From assembly GCA_964486045.1 (NCBI GenBank), contig CAZALK010000004.1:96001-160000 (forward strand): DNA of 64,000 bases. The letters run 5' to 3'. Numbering within the stretch: the stretch's first letter is position 1; every line of letters begins with the position of its first letter. The position numbers and the translations under genes were made by a program. Source of the stretch: an uncultured archaeon. GTDB taxonomy: Archaea > Asgardarchaeota > Lokiarchaeia > Sigyniarchaeales > SOKP01. This document shows positions 37,852 to 48,298 of the stretch, in pieces. Under the pieces are notes generated by a model, which saw only the letters and a list, made by a program, of their open reading frames with translations, had not been told where the DNA came from and did not search any database.

Positions 37852-39153
37852 ATGGATATCATCCTACCCGCAATAGTATTGATCTTGGTTTTATTTACTA
37901 TCTTGATGATATTTTTTTCACAAAATAAGATCGATTATTTCCCTGTTGCATTAATCATAGGGGCAATTGCAGTAGTCTTAATACCCATATTTGGTATTGA
38001 ACAGGAAAAAATTCCTGGTTTTATCAACTTTAGCACCTTAATTTTTATTTTTGCGATGCAAATTATCATCCATTTTGCATCATCTAACGGTGTTTTAGAT
38101 TATATCGCGATCAAATTGATTCATATGACGAAAGGGAATAACCGGTTATTTTTCTATATGATATGCTTGTTTACAGGTATATTGGTTGCATTTATTGAGG
38201 ATCTAACCCTTTCGTTAATAATAGTTCCGTTGATCTATAGAACATGCCGGGTTTTAAAGATTCGTGCTGGTACCTACATGATGGGTATGACAATTACTAT
38301 AAACATAGGGGCAATACTTACGCCTGTCTCGAGTTTAAAGAATTTGATAATTGGGGCAGAATTTGGGTGGGGTTTTGCTGAGTATCTCGCCAATATGGGT
38401 ATTTTATACTTAATCACGTTAATTTCCACCATTTTTCTTATGGATCGGTTTATTTTGAAAAAAGAAGAAACTCCAACTGAGGAGAACAAGAAGATCTTAC
38501 TATCAACACTCGACCCAGCTATTGTTATCAGAGATAGAACATACTTTTTCATGACAGTTGTCATTGTTCTAGCCACTTTTATATTCATGATCTTAGGATT
38601 CAGCCCTGCTCTTGTCGCAATTGTATCCGCAGCTATTCTTCTTCTTATTCACTCTAAGAAAACGAATTTTTCTGAAATTAAGAAAGATATCGAATGGAAG
38701 CTCCTCATAACATTTGCGGTTTTGTTCATTCTTACAAATTCTTTATCAGGATTTGGCTTTTCAGAGTTAATTTCCACAGGATTGGTGAACTTTATAAATA
38801 ATAACATTTATCTCGCTGTTTTGATAACATTATTCATTTCAACTCTTTTGTCCGCATTTCTTGCTGGCACACCCGTTACTCTCCTCCTTCTTCCGATCAT
38901 TTCGACAATTATCGTAAACGGGAGTTTCCTTCCTAACCCGATCATCATTGCTTTCATAGGCGGTGTTAATATGGCAGGTAATTTTTTACCACAAGGTTCT
39001 GCCTGTGACCTTCTTACTCTGTCATTGGCAAAAAAATATAATGTGGAGAATTTGGGGTACAAGCGGTTACTTAAAAATGGTTCACGTTTCGCTCTGTTTC
39101 ACTTCTTAATTATTTTGGGATATACAATGGTTTATACTTTAATTTTAGGTTAA
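37852..39153 (+). CDS. ArsB/NhaD (SLC13/CitMHS, IT superfamily) permease
   Basis: About 12 TM segments; NIGAILTPVSSLKNLII, IEWKLL and NMAGNFLPQGSACDL repeat motifs. Confidence 0.85.
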   Translation: MDIILPAIVLILVLFTILMIFFSQNKIDYFPVALIIGAIAVVLIPIFGIEQEKIPGFINFSTLIFIFAMQIIIHFASSNGVLDYIAIKLIHMTKGNNRLFFYMICLFTGILVAFIEDLTLSLIIVPLIYRTCRVLKIRAGTYMMGMTITINIGAILTPVSSLKNLIIGAEFGWGFAEYLANMGILYLITLISTIFLMDRFILKKEETPTEENKKILLSTLDPAIVIRDRTYFFMTVVIVLATFIFMILGFSPALVAIVSAAILLLIHSKKTNFSEIKKDIEWKLLITFAVLFILTNSLSGFGFSELISTGLVNFINNNIYLAVLITLFISTLLSAFLAGTPVTLLLLPIISTIIVNGSFLPNPIIIAFIGGVNMAGNFLPQGSACDLLTLSLAKKYNVENLGYKRLLKNGSRFALFHFLIILGYTMVYTLILG

Positions 39154-39321
39154 GAGAAAAGTACCATCAAAGAAGACACGATTATTATTCGGATTCTCGT
39201 ATTCACAGGATCTATTTAATCATTCATTTTGACATATATTGTTTGAGTTATCTAAAAGATTTGAATGCTCTTGATGAGATCTGGGGGCTGTTTAATTTTC
39301 TTATCGTTTTATAAAATGATC

Positions 39322-39609
39322 TTATAAAATTCTCTTGAAATCTTCCATAATTAAATTAGATGGGATACCCAGTTGAGACATTTTGAGAATAAGGTCGTGC
39401 AAAGAAACTCTCGCAATTTCCGCTGCTCGTTCAATGGAGATTTCTTTTCTCAAATATTTTTGGAGAGCAAAATTTAAACGTTCTTGATGTAAACCTTCAA
39501 TTAAAATTTTCCTTACTAATGCAGACCTATCCAGATTTTCTTGTTCTGCGAGCTCTTCAAATTCCTTAATTAAATTTTCATCTAGTCTTAAATTCATTTG
39601 TTTGGTCAT
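39322..39609 (-). CDS. UPF0175-type antitoxin (RHH + HTH)
   Basis: QMNLRLD..LDRSALVR (RHH) and Y...EISIERAAEIARVS; 4-nt overlap with the PIN gene. Confidence 0.85.
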   Translation of the reverse strand: MTKQMNLRLDENLIKEFEELAEQENLDRSALVRKILIEGLHQERLNFALQKYLRKEISIERAAEIARVSLHDLILKMSQLGIPSNLIMEDFKRIL

Positions 39610-40133
39610 TTATTTTCCTCCATAGATTTATTATTTTTTGTTTTATTAATTTCTTCTGCTTTTTTATTAAAAAATATGATAATCTCTGGTTTTAATACTT
39701 TAATAACAGCAAGTTCTCCGAATAAGGTATTAAATTTTTCATAATCTATTATTGATCTTTTAAGAAGATCTAATAAAATTATTTCAGAAGTTTTAGGTTG
39801 CAAACCTACACTTATAGCTAGATTCAATGCTTGGTGATCATCGGTTACAAGTATCCATTCATTTTTAAGGCAAATTTCTATAGTGCTTTTTTCTCCTTTT
39901 CCTAAATTTTTAGTCGAAAAAAGATCCTGTATTCTATAATCGGTTTCTTTAATAATTTTCTTCGCAATATTTTTTTTCAATGCTTTTGCGTCTTTAAACC
40001 TCTCAATATCTTCTATTAATTCATTCTTAACCGTTGAACTTATGATTAGATCTCCTAATTTAGGGAGCATTTCCTTTATATTAATTTTAGTTAAATATAT
40101 TAGTGAACAAGCATCAAAAACATATTTTTTCAT
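39606..40133 (-). CDS. PIN-domain toxin (DUF3368-like)
   Basis: VFDACSLIYL, V.NE, LGKGE and LVTDD motifs. Confidence 0.85.
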   Translation of the reverse strand: MKKYVFDACSLIYLTKINIKEMLPKLGDLIISSTVKNELIEDIERFKDAKALKKNIAKKIIKETDYRIQDLFSTKNLGKGEKSTIEICLKNEWILVTDDHQALNLAISVGLQPKTSEIILLDLLKRSIIDYEKFNTLFGELAVIKVLKPEIIIFFNKKAEEINKTKNNKSMEENK

Positions 40134-40144
40134 TTAATTAAATA

Positions 40145-40160
40145 TAGCAATGCTAGCATT
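40145..40160. promoter_or_regulatory. Probable TA operator palindrome
   Basis: AATGCTAGCATT perfect palindrome (40149-40160) overlapping TAGCAATGCTA, between a TATA-like box and ATG 40133. Confidence 0.55.
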
Positions 40161-40345
40161 TATATCTTTTTGTTATCAATTCATAGCTTTACTATTATCT
40201 TTATTTTCTTTTTTTGCTCAATAAATACCCCAAATTAAAGGAGTGCACTTTTCGCTATGTACTGAGAAAAGATTTTTTAAGGAAATTAAAATAATAGACG
40301 AGGAGATGAAAAGAAATTATGTGGACAAAATCAAAAATAGGTAGA

Positions 40346-42814
40346 TTAAAGTTTTTCCATAAAATCAAACAGATCCACCGGTTTAGGATATTTTTTTAAT
40401 ACCTTTTCAGGTTTTTCTGGCTGATCATCATATTTTATTTGAGTTGTCCAGAAGGTTCGAATGCGTTTGATTAGATCTGGAGGCTGTTCAATTCTCCAAT
40501 CGGTCGGAAGAAGGTTTTGATAATAAGGAGTACTAAATCGGTGCCCAATTAACATCACAAATCCACGATCAGTTGATGTCCGGAAAATCCGCCCCCCGGC
40601 CTGAATCACTTTCAACATCCCGGGATTCCGATAGGCATATTCGAAACCTCTTTTCCACTTGAATTCAAAGTATTTTCGCATCAAATCTTGTTCCATTGAA
40701 TAGGCTGGTAATCCAGGTCCAATAATGAAGGCTCCAATTGCCATATCTCCCGTGTAATCCACACCCTCGCTGAAGATTCCTCCATGAACAGCCAATAAAA
40801 GATATTTTTTATTAGGATCCTTGAGTTTTTTTAATAGATTTTTGCGTTTATGCTCGCTCATTTTACGCTCTTGCACTAGGAGTTCAACTGACAGTGAATA
40901 AGTTTCAATCTCGCGCTGAACAGCTTTAAGATATCCAAATGAAGGAAAAAAAGCCAAATAATTTCCATTTTTAACATTTACAGCTTTACAAATTGTAGAG
41001 GCTATTTCATCATATGACTCCATACGGTTTTCATATTTAGTGGAAAGATTAGGTATGAGTAGATAAAGACGATTTTGTTGGGAAAAGGGAGAATTATATT
41101 GTATTTTCTGAGCTGAGGGTGGATAACCTAACATTTTTTGGAAATAATCCAGTGGAAATAAAGTTGCTGATTGCATGATGACTGAATGAAAACCTGCAAT
41201 TTGTTTTTCGAGTTTTAATGCTGCTGATTTGCATAATATTTTGATTTTTCCTTCCTTAATATACAACAATTCGCTATACTCGGGAGAATCACTTTCCTTC
41301 AAGATTGTTGAGAATTGACGCAAATTTAAAGCAAATTCTATGAGTTTATCCTTCCCTCCTGGTTGGATCTTTCGTTGGTAATTAATGGCTTGAATATATT
41401 CTAAAATAAATTGATCATAATCCTTCAGTATTTTTCGGAAAAATTTTTTATCAAATTTCTCTAAAACTGGTTTCTTTGTTACCACATCGGGAAATTGGTT
41501 GATTAAATCTGTAATATAACTGGTAACCTGTTTATAGATGGCAATACCTTTCTTCTCAATAGATTTTGGTATTGCTAGTGATTGCAAATGATCGATAACA
41601 TTAGTGAGAGACTGTAATGTTATTTCTGGAGAATAATAAGTCATCGCTCGGGCAGGTAGATTATGGGCTTCATCGACAATTAATATGATATCCTCATAAG
41701 GTTGGTCAAAAAACCTCTTCAACTTGATGTAGGGATGGAATACATAATTGTAGTCACCGACGATTACATCACAATAGATTGCGCAATCCAGAGAAATTTC
41801 AAAAGGGCAGATGTTATGATTTTTTGCTATTTTTCTGATATACCTAGCATCAATGACTTGTTTAGTGAGCATTTCAGAGACAATCTTGACTAAGGAGATC
41901 TTCCCATAATTTTCAATATAGGAACATAACGATTTCTCACAGACAAAGACACTATTAATGCACATTTTTTCTTTGGCAGTGAGAATAATCGAATTGAACT
42001 TAGCTTTCTTCTTAGTAAACAATCGTAACGTCTCCCGATAGATATGTTGCTGAGTAGTTTTTGAAGTAATAACGAATACACGCTTATTTTTCTTTAAAGT
42101 AAACTTTAACGCGGGAAATAGTGTCCCAATTGTCTTTCCTAAACCTGAGGGGGCTAGTAACATTAATCTACCCCGTTGTTGAAGACATTGATTAGTTTGT
42201 TGGATGATATCTTCTTGATTTGGGCGATATTCCTCAAAGGGAAAGATGAGTGTTTTAGCACGTTTTCTTTGCTCTTTTTTTAATTTTTGTGCCATCTCCC
42301 AAGATTTAAAGATAGTTTCACATTGGTTTTGAATGTATTCTGAAAGATCTTGAGTGGGAACATTGATAATCTTTGTTTTATCGGTGTAAATATCAATTAA
42401 TACAAGATGACACTGAATAGATTTGCCCAAAGTGAGAAAATAATGCCCATACAATAATAACTGTAAACGATATTCTTCTGCAATATTCGATTCTAAAGAA
42501 AAATCTTCAAGGTTTGAGACTGACTTTATTTCTTCAATAATCAAGACTCCTTCCTTTTCATAGACAATATCAGCACGTCCCGAGATGAAGAATTCCCACT
42601 CTTGAATATTTGTTTGAAGTTTTACCAGGACCTCGCGTTGGAAGGATTGTTGAGTTTTTTTTCGTTCCGCTTGGAACTTTTGGTGAGTTTCAGTTCCTTT
42701 TGAGGCTCGAAGACGTAAGGGAATCACTGAGGTAGAAAATCTTCGTTCGGATGAAGCAAAAATAACATCTTTTATTGAAATGCGGAATTCTTTTTGCTCC
42801 TTAATGACTTTCAT
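40346..42814 (-). CDS. Rad3/XPD/DinG-family Fe-S helicase with N-terminal RecB/Cas4-like PD-(D/E)XK nuclease
   Basis: GTETH..GRAD..EEIKS..QL..Y nuclease; RPNQ, APSGLGKT, C..C..C..CPFE, DYNY, DEAHNL, SAT, FFPSF, FSEGVD and QAGGRIFR helicase motifs. Confidence 0.92.
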   Translation of the reverse strand: MKVIKEQKEFRISIKDVIFASSERRFSTSVIPLRLRASKGTETHQKFQAERKKTQQSFQREVLVKLQTNIQEWEFFISGRADIVYEKEGVLIIEEIKSVSNLEDFSLESNIAEEYRLQLLLYGHYFLTLGKSIQCHLVLIDIYTDKTKIINVPTQDLSEYIQNQCETIFKSWEMAQKLKKEQRKRAKTLIFPFEEYRPNQEDIIQQTNQCLQQRGRLMLLAPSGLGKTIGTLFPALKFTLKKNKRVFVITSKTTQQHIYRETLRLFTKKKAKFNSIILTAKEKMCINSVFVCEKSLCSYIENYGKISLVKIVSEMLTKQVIDARYIRKIAKNHNICPFEISLDCAIYCDVIVGDYNYVFHPYIKLKRFFDQPYEDIILIVDEAHNLPARAMTYYSPEITLQSLTNVIDHLQSLAIPKSIEKKGIAIYKQVTSYITDLINQFPDVVTKKPVLEKFDKKFFRKILKDYDQFILEYIQAINYQRKIQPGGKDKLIEFALNLRQFSTILKESDSPEYSELLYIKEGKIKILCKSAALKLEKQIAGFHSVIMQSATLFPLDYFQKMLGYPPSAQKIQYNSPFSQQNRLYLLIPNLSTKYENRMESYDEIASTICKAVNVKNGNYLAFFPSFGYLKAVQREIETYSLSVELLVQERKMSEHKRKNLLKKLKDPNKKYLLLAVHGGIFSEGVDYTGDMAIGAFIIGPGLPAYSMEQDLMRKYFEFKWKRGFEYAYRNPGMLKVIQAGGRIFRTSTDRGFVMLIGHRFSTPYYQNLLPTDWRIEQPPDLIKRIRTFWTTQIKYDDQPEKPEKVLKKYPKPVDLFDFMEKL

Positions 42815-42968
42815 TTTTTAACTCTAGCTCTAAAAAGTCTATCCCTTGTAATATAAAACCTCCCCTCGATGATATTTTAAATTATTAATGAGAAACTAAG
42901 ATAATTTTTGGGTTAAGAATAACAAAACATCATTTTGAATTAACTTTAAAGGTATGTTACTATTTTTT

Positions 42969-43481
42969 TTATGATTGGGAAAGTTTTTTAAGCTTTTCTT
43001 CTACAAGACTATAAACATCTGATGATAAGTACATAATTGAGTTAAGTTTTTTTAAACATTGGTGTGCTTCCTCTAAATCTAAGAAGTTTTGCTCAAGTAA
43101 ATCAACAAGAATTCCTAAAGTTCCTTTAACTTTGATATCCAATTTTCTGGCGAACATTCTCGCTTCTTCATCATCTAGTAAGATAACGTCGACCTCTGAC
43201 TGAAGCGTAAGTAATATCGCATTAATTTCTCCTTGATGTAATTTTGACGATGTTATATTTCGGTTCTCTTTTTCTACTTTTTCCACTTTGATTTTTTCAT
43301 TAATAATAGCTTGTTCAAGAATAATAGCATCAGAATGTCCCTCTTCCTTACCTTTTACCACTATCTCATCATAAACAGATTGTGGAATAAGGATTATATC
43401 ATAAAGTTTGAAAACAAGATCAAGTAATCCAGCTAAGGTTAAATGGATTAAAGGTCCAGAATTACTTACCGCTACTTTCAT
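42969..43481 (-). CDS. DUF3368 PIN-domain toxin
   Basis: VSNSGPLIHL, IPQSVYDE, LHQGE, ILLDDEEAR and GTLGIL motifs. Confidence 0.9.
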   Translation of the reverse strand: MKVAVSNSGPLIHLTLAGLLDLVFKLYDIILIPQSVYDEIVVKGKEEGHSDAIILEQAIINEKIKVEKVEKENRNITSSKLHQGEINAILLTLQSEVDVILLDDEEARMFARKLDIKVKGTLGILVDLLEQNFLDLEEAHQCLKKLNSIMYLSSDVYSLVEEKLKKLSQS

Positions 43482-43764
43482 CGATTTCACGCTCTATCTC
43501 CTTAGCGGAAAGTGGAAAAGGTACGTTTTCTTCACGTAATAGATTTAGAAAAAAACGATACGATTCACCGCAATATTCGGCAGCTTTCCAAACAGTCCAA
43601 TCCCGCAGTCGAACCTTTTCTAATGCCTCTTTCTTTTTTAACTCTTTAATTCCTAGTTCAATGGCTCTGCGAGCAACGCTGGATTTATCTGTTTTCATCT
43701 TTTTTGCAATGGAATCGAGTTCTTCATCTTCCTTTTCATCAATTCGAACTGATAAAGTCTTCAT
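43462..43764 (-). CDS. UPF0175-type antitoxin (RHH + HTH)
   Basis: TLSVRID..DKSSVARR and TVWKAAEYCG..F..LL; overlaps the toxin start. Confidence 0.85.
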   Translation of the reverse strand: MKTLSVRIDEKEDEELDSIAKKMKTDKSSVARRAIELGIKELKKKEALEKVRLRDWTVWKAAEYCGESYRFFLNLLREENVPFPLSAKEIEREIDESSGK

Positions 43765-43771
43765 CTCTATG

Positions 43772-43794
43772 TATACAATATCCTATATTGTATA
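43772..43794. promoter_or_regulatory. TA operator: perfect 10-bp inverted repeat
   Basis: TATACAATAT-CCT-ATATTGTATA, 7 nt upstream of the antitoxin ATG and overlapping a TTTATATA box on the - strand. Confidence 0.7.
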
Positions 43795-43956
43795 TAAATC
43801 TCCCCTATGAAAATATACAAAAAAAAATCTTATTTTAAATTGCAATAGTAGTGATCAATGGCTTGATGTAGAGCAAATAATAGCTTGTACATAATCTAGG
43901 ATATGTCTTCTATACTTTTTTTTACATGACTTTTACGAAATCCTTTTCTCCTAGAT

Positions 43957-44742
43957 TTATGTCTCATCTTTTTGGCAATTACTACAAAAAAAGCCGTGTC
44001 TTCCTGCAAGCTCGAAGCGTGTAATCTCGGTATCACAAATTGGGCACCGTCCTTCTTTCTTGCGATTAGGAATTAAAAAATTGTCAGGATATGAACTGAA
44101 ATCACCTTGTTTCTCAATCCCCACTTTCAAAATATCTTTTATATTTTTGAATAGTTCTTTTATTTTGCTTTCGCCAAGTGAGTTAATTTTAGCCTTAGGA
44201 TGTATTTTTGAACTGAATAAAATTTCGTCAGAATAAATATTTCCCACACCAGCAATAAAACTTTGATTTAAAAAAGCATTTTTAATAATAGCAGTTCTTT
44301 TATGTACTGCTTCTTTAAATTCTTCAAAGCTCATTTTATATGCATCTAGTCCTAATTTCTTGTTTTTAATAAACTTCTCAATTGTGTCAGCAATATCAAC
44401 CTTTCCAAACATTCTAGTAGAGATATAGGCTAAATTAAAATCGTTATTAAATTGAAATATAACCTTGCTGAATTTTGGGTTATTATCTTTTTTATTAAAA
44501 TATTCTAAATCTCCGGTCATTCCAAAATGCATTACAAGATATTTCGGGTTAAGATATACAAACAGATACTTACCATGTCGAGTTGAGGATTCAAAAGTTT
44601 TACCTTCTAATGACTTTTTAAGATAAGACTTATCAATTTTCAAAATCCTATTATCAGTAACTATTATTTTCCTTATCAACTGTTTTAAGGATGTTTTATC
44701 TAAATATCGCTTGAAGGTTTCTACTTCTGGAAGTTCTGGCAT
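43957..44742 (-). CDS. mutM: Formamidopyrimidine-DNA glycosylase (Fpg/Nei family)
   Basis: N-terminal PELPEVE, RHGKYL, HFGMTG, AGVGNIYSDEILF and C-terminal CPIC...CSNCQ Zn finger. Confidence 0.93.
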   Translation of the reverse strand: MPELPEVETFKRYLDKTSLKQLIRKIIVTDNRILKIDKSYLKKSLEGKTFESSTRHGKYLFVYLNPKYLVMHFGMTGDLEYFNKKDNNPKFSKVIFQFNNDFNLAYISTRMFGKVDIADTIEKFIKNKKLGLDAYKMSFEEFKEAVHKRTAIIKNAFLNQSFIAGVGNIYSDEILFSSKIHPKAKINSLGESKIKELFKNIKDILKVGIEKQGDFSSYPDNFLIPNRKKEGRCPICDTEITRFELAGRHGFFCSNCQKDET

Positions 44743-44919
44743 GATTACAATTATAAGTTTTATCTAACTATTAAAGAATTTTATAATTATTCGATAGATG
44801 CATTAGAGAAACACATTTTTAAACTTCTATCTTGAGTATTTCTGGATTTTAATCAAAAGAGTTTTAAATGAAAATCACCATTAATCTGTTAAATTCATCC
44901 ATAAATAGGTTATTGTTTT

Positions 44920-45891
44920 ATGAAAGTACAAATTGGAAAAATGATATTGTACGGGGTAATGAGTGCGGTTTTTTACATTGCTGTACCCATAATCTTGTTT
45001 GAGGTTCTCGGTGCACTTAACATTATGACGTTTAGCCAAGAGTTTAAACTCTTTATTATAATTTTTGGAATTATTGGTGTGGCTATCTCGATGCTTAGAC
45101 ACTTGTTTCCACCGGATACATCTGCAAATAGGTTAATAGCTTTTGGTGCTACGCTCTACTCTGGGATTTACCTGTTTTATATGTTTGGAGGCTTTACTCC
45201 TGGTGTATCTTATGGTACTTATGCTATCGCTCTCGGACCTATTTCAGCTCGTTTAGGTTTACAATTAATTGCTTGGACTCTACTAGCGTCATCGGGAATA
45301 AGAGCGTTACAGTATCTAGTTGAAGCTATAGAAATCAGCAAACAAAAGGAATACAGCGTGAATGTGAAAAGAAAATTTAAACTCAGTAAACTCTTTAAAG
45401 CGTTTGGAACTATATTGAGTTTAGTCATTGCAGGATACTTTGGGTCATTAATTTATAGCGGAACGCAACTTGGCTTTAAAATCAATCCAGGATTTGCTCC
45501 AGTTCATGATGACGGAGGAACTCCTCTCGATCCAAGCGATGATACTATCGGTATTACGATGGGCTTTAATGTGACCAATAATGGACTATATGCAATTTAT
45601 GATGTTTCTATTGATGTACGCTTCTATACAATTACTTCTGCAAACACTAGCGCGCTACCAGAAGATACTAAAATTGCTGAATCTTTAAGTAATAGTTTTG
45701 GCACATTCCACGCTTTTACAGCAACGCCAAATAATAATGTTACAGTTAATATCGACCCTACTTATGTTGTGGGATTAATAACTACCGATGCTACGTTAGA
45801 ATTCAAAATTTCTTTTTCAACATTATATGCCGGAATACTCGTAAATTTAAATGTATCAATTCTGAACTTAGGTTGGACAGCGCTAATATAA
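44920..45891 (+). CDS. Membrane protein with C-terminal beta-sandwich (LEA_2-like) domain
   Basis: Five TM segments followed by a beta-rich region (FNVTNNGLYAIYDVSI). Confidence 0.7.
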   Translation: MKVQIGKMILYGVMSAVFYIAVPIILFEVLGALNIMTFSQEFKLFIIIFGIIGVAISMLRHLFPPDTSANRLIAFGATLYSGIYLFYMFGGFTPGVSYGTYAIALGPISARLGLQLIAWTLLASSGIRALQYLVEAIEISKQKEYSVNVKRKFKLSKLFKAFGTILSLVIAGYFGSLIYSGTQLGFKINPGFAPVHDDGGTPLDPSDDTIGITMGFNVTNNGLYAIYDVSIDVRFYTITSANTSALPEDTKIAESLSNSFGTFHAFTATPNNNVTVNIDPTYVVGLITTDATLEFKISFSTLYAGILVNLNVSILNLGWTALI

Positions 45892-46118
45892 ACCAAAAAC
45901 AGATTAAATTTTTTTATTCTTTTTTTTAGTTAATGAATTTTTCGAAATAAACGTTTTAATAAGATATATTTTAAAATATTGTAAAAGATATTAAAGGAAT
46001 TACAATTTATTGGCGAACTGGTGGCCAATTTAATAATTCAAAATGAGTAGATTTAAACTTCATATCTTTTCTTATTTACTTGAATTTAAACAAACTAATT
46101 TTATGTGAGTTGATTTTG

Positions 46119-46574
46119 ATGTATAAAAAAATATTAGTAGGTGTTGATAGGTCAGATCATGCTATGAAAGCAATTAACAAAGCTATAGAGTTACATAAAA
46201 GAGACAATAGTGAAGTTGTTGTATTTCATTCAGTGATCCATAAATTTTCCGATTTTTCACCAGTCATGACTCAAGATATCTATCCTGGCGCAAAAATTAT
46301 TTACGAATTACGCGAAAATCGAGAAAAAGAGGGTCAAGAGCTTTTAGACGAAGTAAAGAATATTTTTGAAAAAGTTAATGTACCTGTTGAAACACTATTG
46401 AAATATGATATCGGCCCTCAATATTATATCGAGAAGCAAGTAGAAAAGGAAGGGTTTGATTTAGTGTTGTTAGGATGTGCTGGTGAACATTCCAAATTTA
46501 GACGGACATTTTTGGGGACGGTACCCGAATATATACTAAATAATGTGAGTTGTAATGTTTTAATAGTTAAGTAA
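46119..46574 (+). CDS. Universal stress protein
   Basis: YKKILVGVDRS..A.KA, FDLVLLG and FLGTV..ILNNVSCNVLIVK. Confidence 0.92.
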   Translation: MYKKILVGVDRSDHAMKAINKAIELHKRDNSEVVVFHSVIHKFSDFSPVMTQDIYPGAKIIYELRENREKEGQELLDEVKNIFEKVNVPVETLLKYDIGPQYYIEKQVEKEGFDLVLLGCAGEHSKFRRTFLGTVPEYILNNVSCNVLIVK

Positions 46575-46680
46575 AAATTAATTCTTTTTCTTATCTTTTT
46601 TATACTGTATCTTAGATTAAAAAGGAAGGAAAAATACTAATAAAATTACAATTAAGATTACTTAAATCGTTTTATGGGAA

Positions 46681-47502
46681 TTACTCATCTTTAAAAATAG
46701 GTTCTCTTTTTTCTTGGAGGGATTTAATTGACTCTCTAAAGTTATTCGAGGCAAATGCTTTGCGCATACCTTTATTTTCTAAATCTAAAGTAGAACTAAG
46801 GATATCTATGAAATAAGAATGCATAGTTTGTTTCATTGAATGTATTGCCGAGGTTGGACCTTTTGGTGGAATTAATCGAAGGGCCTGTTGCCTTACGAAT
46901 GGAATTAACTCATCATTAGGGAGAACTTTATTCACCAATCCAAGTTTTTCGGCTTCTTGAGCAGATATTTTATCCCCAAAATAACAGATCTCTTTTGCTT
47001 TCTGAAAACCAACCAAGAGTGGGAGAAGAAATGAGGAGGAAAACTCAGGAATGATTGCTCGTTGGCTGAAATATAATCCCAACCAAGCATCTTCTGCCAT
47101 GTATATTAAATCTGCTCCAACTAAAAGCATTGTATAAGCACCTCCGATAGCTAATCCATTGATGGCGGCAATTATAGGTTTGCTAAATTTGAATAAGCTT
47201 AATGTTGTTTCTTTTTGAGCAAGATCACTCATGTCAATCTCGGATCTTAGATCTTCACTAGCATTTTTTAACGTTTCAGAATCAAAAAAAGCCCCCGAAG
47301 AGAACGCTCGACCGCGTGGGTCTCCTGTAATTATCAATACCTTGGCACTTTTATCTTTTTCCATATCATCTAAAATTGTTCGAATTTCTAAGAACGAGAA
47401 AGCAGAAACAGCGTTACGTTTATCTGGTCTACTAATCATAGCGGTACAAATCCCATTATCTTCTTTCTCATAAATAATACTCTTGATATCGTCTACTTTC
47501 AT
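46681..47502 (-). CDS. Enoyl-CoA hydratase/isomerase family protein
   Basis: RPDKRNA, AFSSG, KPIIAAINGLAIGG and ISAQEAEKLGLVNKV motifs. Confidence 0.92.
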   Translation of the reverse strand: MKVDDIKSIIYEKEDNGICTAMISRPDKRNAVSAFSFLEIRTILDDMEKDKSAKVLIITGDPRGRAFSSGAFFDSETLKNASEDLRSEIDMSDLAQKETTLSLFKFSKPIIAAINGLAIGGAYTMLLVGADLIYMAEDAWLGLYFSQRAIIPEFSSSFLLPLLVGFQKAKEICYFGDKISAQEAEKLGLVNKVLPNDELIPFVRQQALRLIPPKGPTSAIHSMKQTMHSYFIDILSSTLDLENKGMRKAFASNNFRESIKSLQEKREPIFKDE

Positions 47503-47720
47503 TTTAAATCAAATTTTCATATATTTTATAATAAATTCAATTACAGTTGTCTTCTCATTCTTAATAATTTTCTGGTTTTTTACTTATTAATAAGGACTTG
47601 AATAACAAATCTATTGTAAAACACAAATAAAGATATAATAATAAAAAACTTTCATAACCTAAAATTTAGTTATTATAACAAAAAAAGAAGAGTGCTTTCA
47701 CGCTGGCATTTGGTAGGTAA

Positions 47721-48164
47721 ATGTCTCATACAGATAATAATAAAACTCAAAAATAAGATAAAAAGGAAGTGGTTGAACAATTATTCAATTATCTTTCAGG
47801 AACATCAGCCTCCCGTAAAACACTACGTGGTCTTTACACTGGTTTTTCTCTTAGTTCCTTGATCTTTATGATTTCAATCTCAAATAATTTAGCTGTTTAC
47901 CAATCTAATGGTATAGCATTATTATTAATCGTCGCGTTTTACCTATTCATATTCGCCTCAAGTGGCTTTTATAGAGTTGAAGAAAAGGCTCATCGAATTA
48001 TGATTGGTAACAAAAATTTAATCGAAATTTACCAACACCTTTCTGAATTAGATCGAAAAAGCAATAAAGCTGGTAAAATAATATCATTAGGGCAAATAAT
48101 TTTGTTATTTAGCGCTGTCTTTTTTGGATTAACATCTACGTTACCAAATATTTTAGTCATTTGA
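47721..48164 (+). pseudogene. Small 3-TM membrane protein, possibly interrupted by one nonsense codon
   Basis: ATG 47721 is in frame with ORF 47769-48164 but separated from it by TAA at 47754; a GTG start at 47769 is the alternative. Confidence 0.45.
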
Positions 48165-48298
48165 AGGTTATTTAAAAAGTTAATTTAACAAAATTTGAAG
48201 TCTATCTTTTATCCCCATTTTTAATTAGTACCCAGATTTTTCTTTAATGATTTCTTGAATATTATAACAGATTGTATTAATATTATCGTAAAGATATT

